From: Ministeria vibrans ATCC 50519 | Lineage: Eukaryota > Protista > Filasterea | Reading direction: 5' to 3' | NCBI GenBank assembly: GCA_943704425.1 | Contig: CALSCP010002017.1 | Location: 80,285 to 129,294, forward strand | Length of the DNA: 49,010 nucleotides | Part shown: one piece after another, positions 48,830 through 49,010 of the stretch | How the letters are laid out: every line of letters starts with the position of its first letter | Position numbering within the stretch: position 1 is the first letter of the stretch | Translations under genes and position numbers: made by a program | The notes under the pieces: generated by a model | Databases searched by the model: none | What the model was told of the DNA's origin: nothing | Seen by the model: only the letters and a program-made list of their open reading frames with translations

Positions 48830-49010
48830 ACTTTGTTTTCTCTCTCTATCACTTTGTTTTCTCTCTCTATCACTTTGTGTTTCTCTCTCTATCACTTTGT
48901 TTTTCTCTCTCTATCACTTTGTTTTTCTCTCTCTATCACTTTGTTTTTCTCTCTCTATCACTTTGTTTTTCTCTCTCTATCACTTTGTTTTTCTCTCTCT
49001 ATCACTTTGT
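48830..49010. repeat. Near-perfect ~22-23 bp tandem array ctctctctatcactttgtttt(t)
   Basis: About 8 copies in the EML intron, running to the end of the window. Confidence 0.95.

Noticed and set aside
48830-49010. Regular repeat arrays (also 8690-8875 and 43900-44000) resembling CRISPR
   Set aside because: No unique spacers, low complexity, located in spliceosomal introns, and no cas genes.

Overview
Gene-dense, intron-rich eukaryotic genomic DNA with about 24 protein-coding loci, short GT-AG introns (frequent GTACG/GTAAG donors) and many intronic micro/minisatellites. The organism is probably a flagellated protist, since it encodes the dynein-regulatory subunit IQCG/DRC9; I cannot place the lineage from the sequence. 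Most genes are housekeeping: IQCG, class-V PLP enzyme, ZNF277, sepiapterin reductase, tetraspanin, MRPS23, ITPA, IDI1, squalene synthase exon 1, SSRP1, ALDH22/MSC7-like, CPT1, VAMP, NUP58-like, DDX19/DBP5, INTS11, Ku70 and EML5/6. The standout is a ~7 kb gene (9945-16968) that I assembled by hand from 7 exons. It reads signal peptide + Pmp-like beta-helix ectodomain (GGA/FxxN repeats) + class C GPCR 7TM + two tandem TIR domains + disordered tail. The first TIR is joined to the receptor only through a non-canonical GC-AG intron, so the ORF track splits the gene. Other points: a head-to-head IDI1/squalene synthase pair; an intronic minisatellite that is always sense-oriented; an M6PR/ATG27-type tail on a mucin stalk; a DEAE-variant DBP5 55 bp behind a nucleoporin; and assembly gaps plus a probable hidden collapse that truncate several genes. 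All family assignments are by recalled motif similarity, not database search. No RNA genes, CRISPR arrays or clear mobile elements were recognised.
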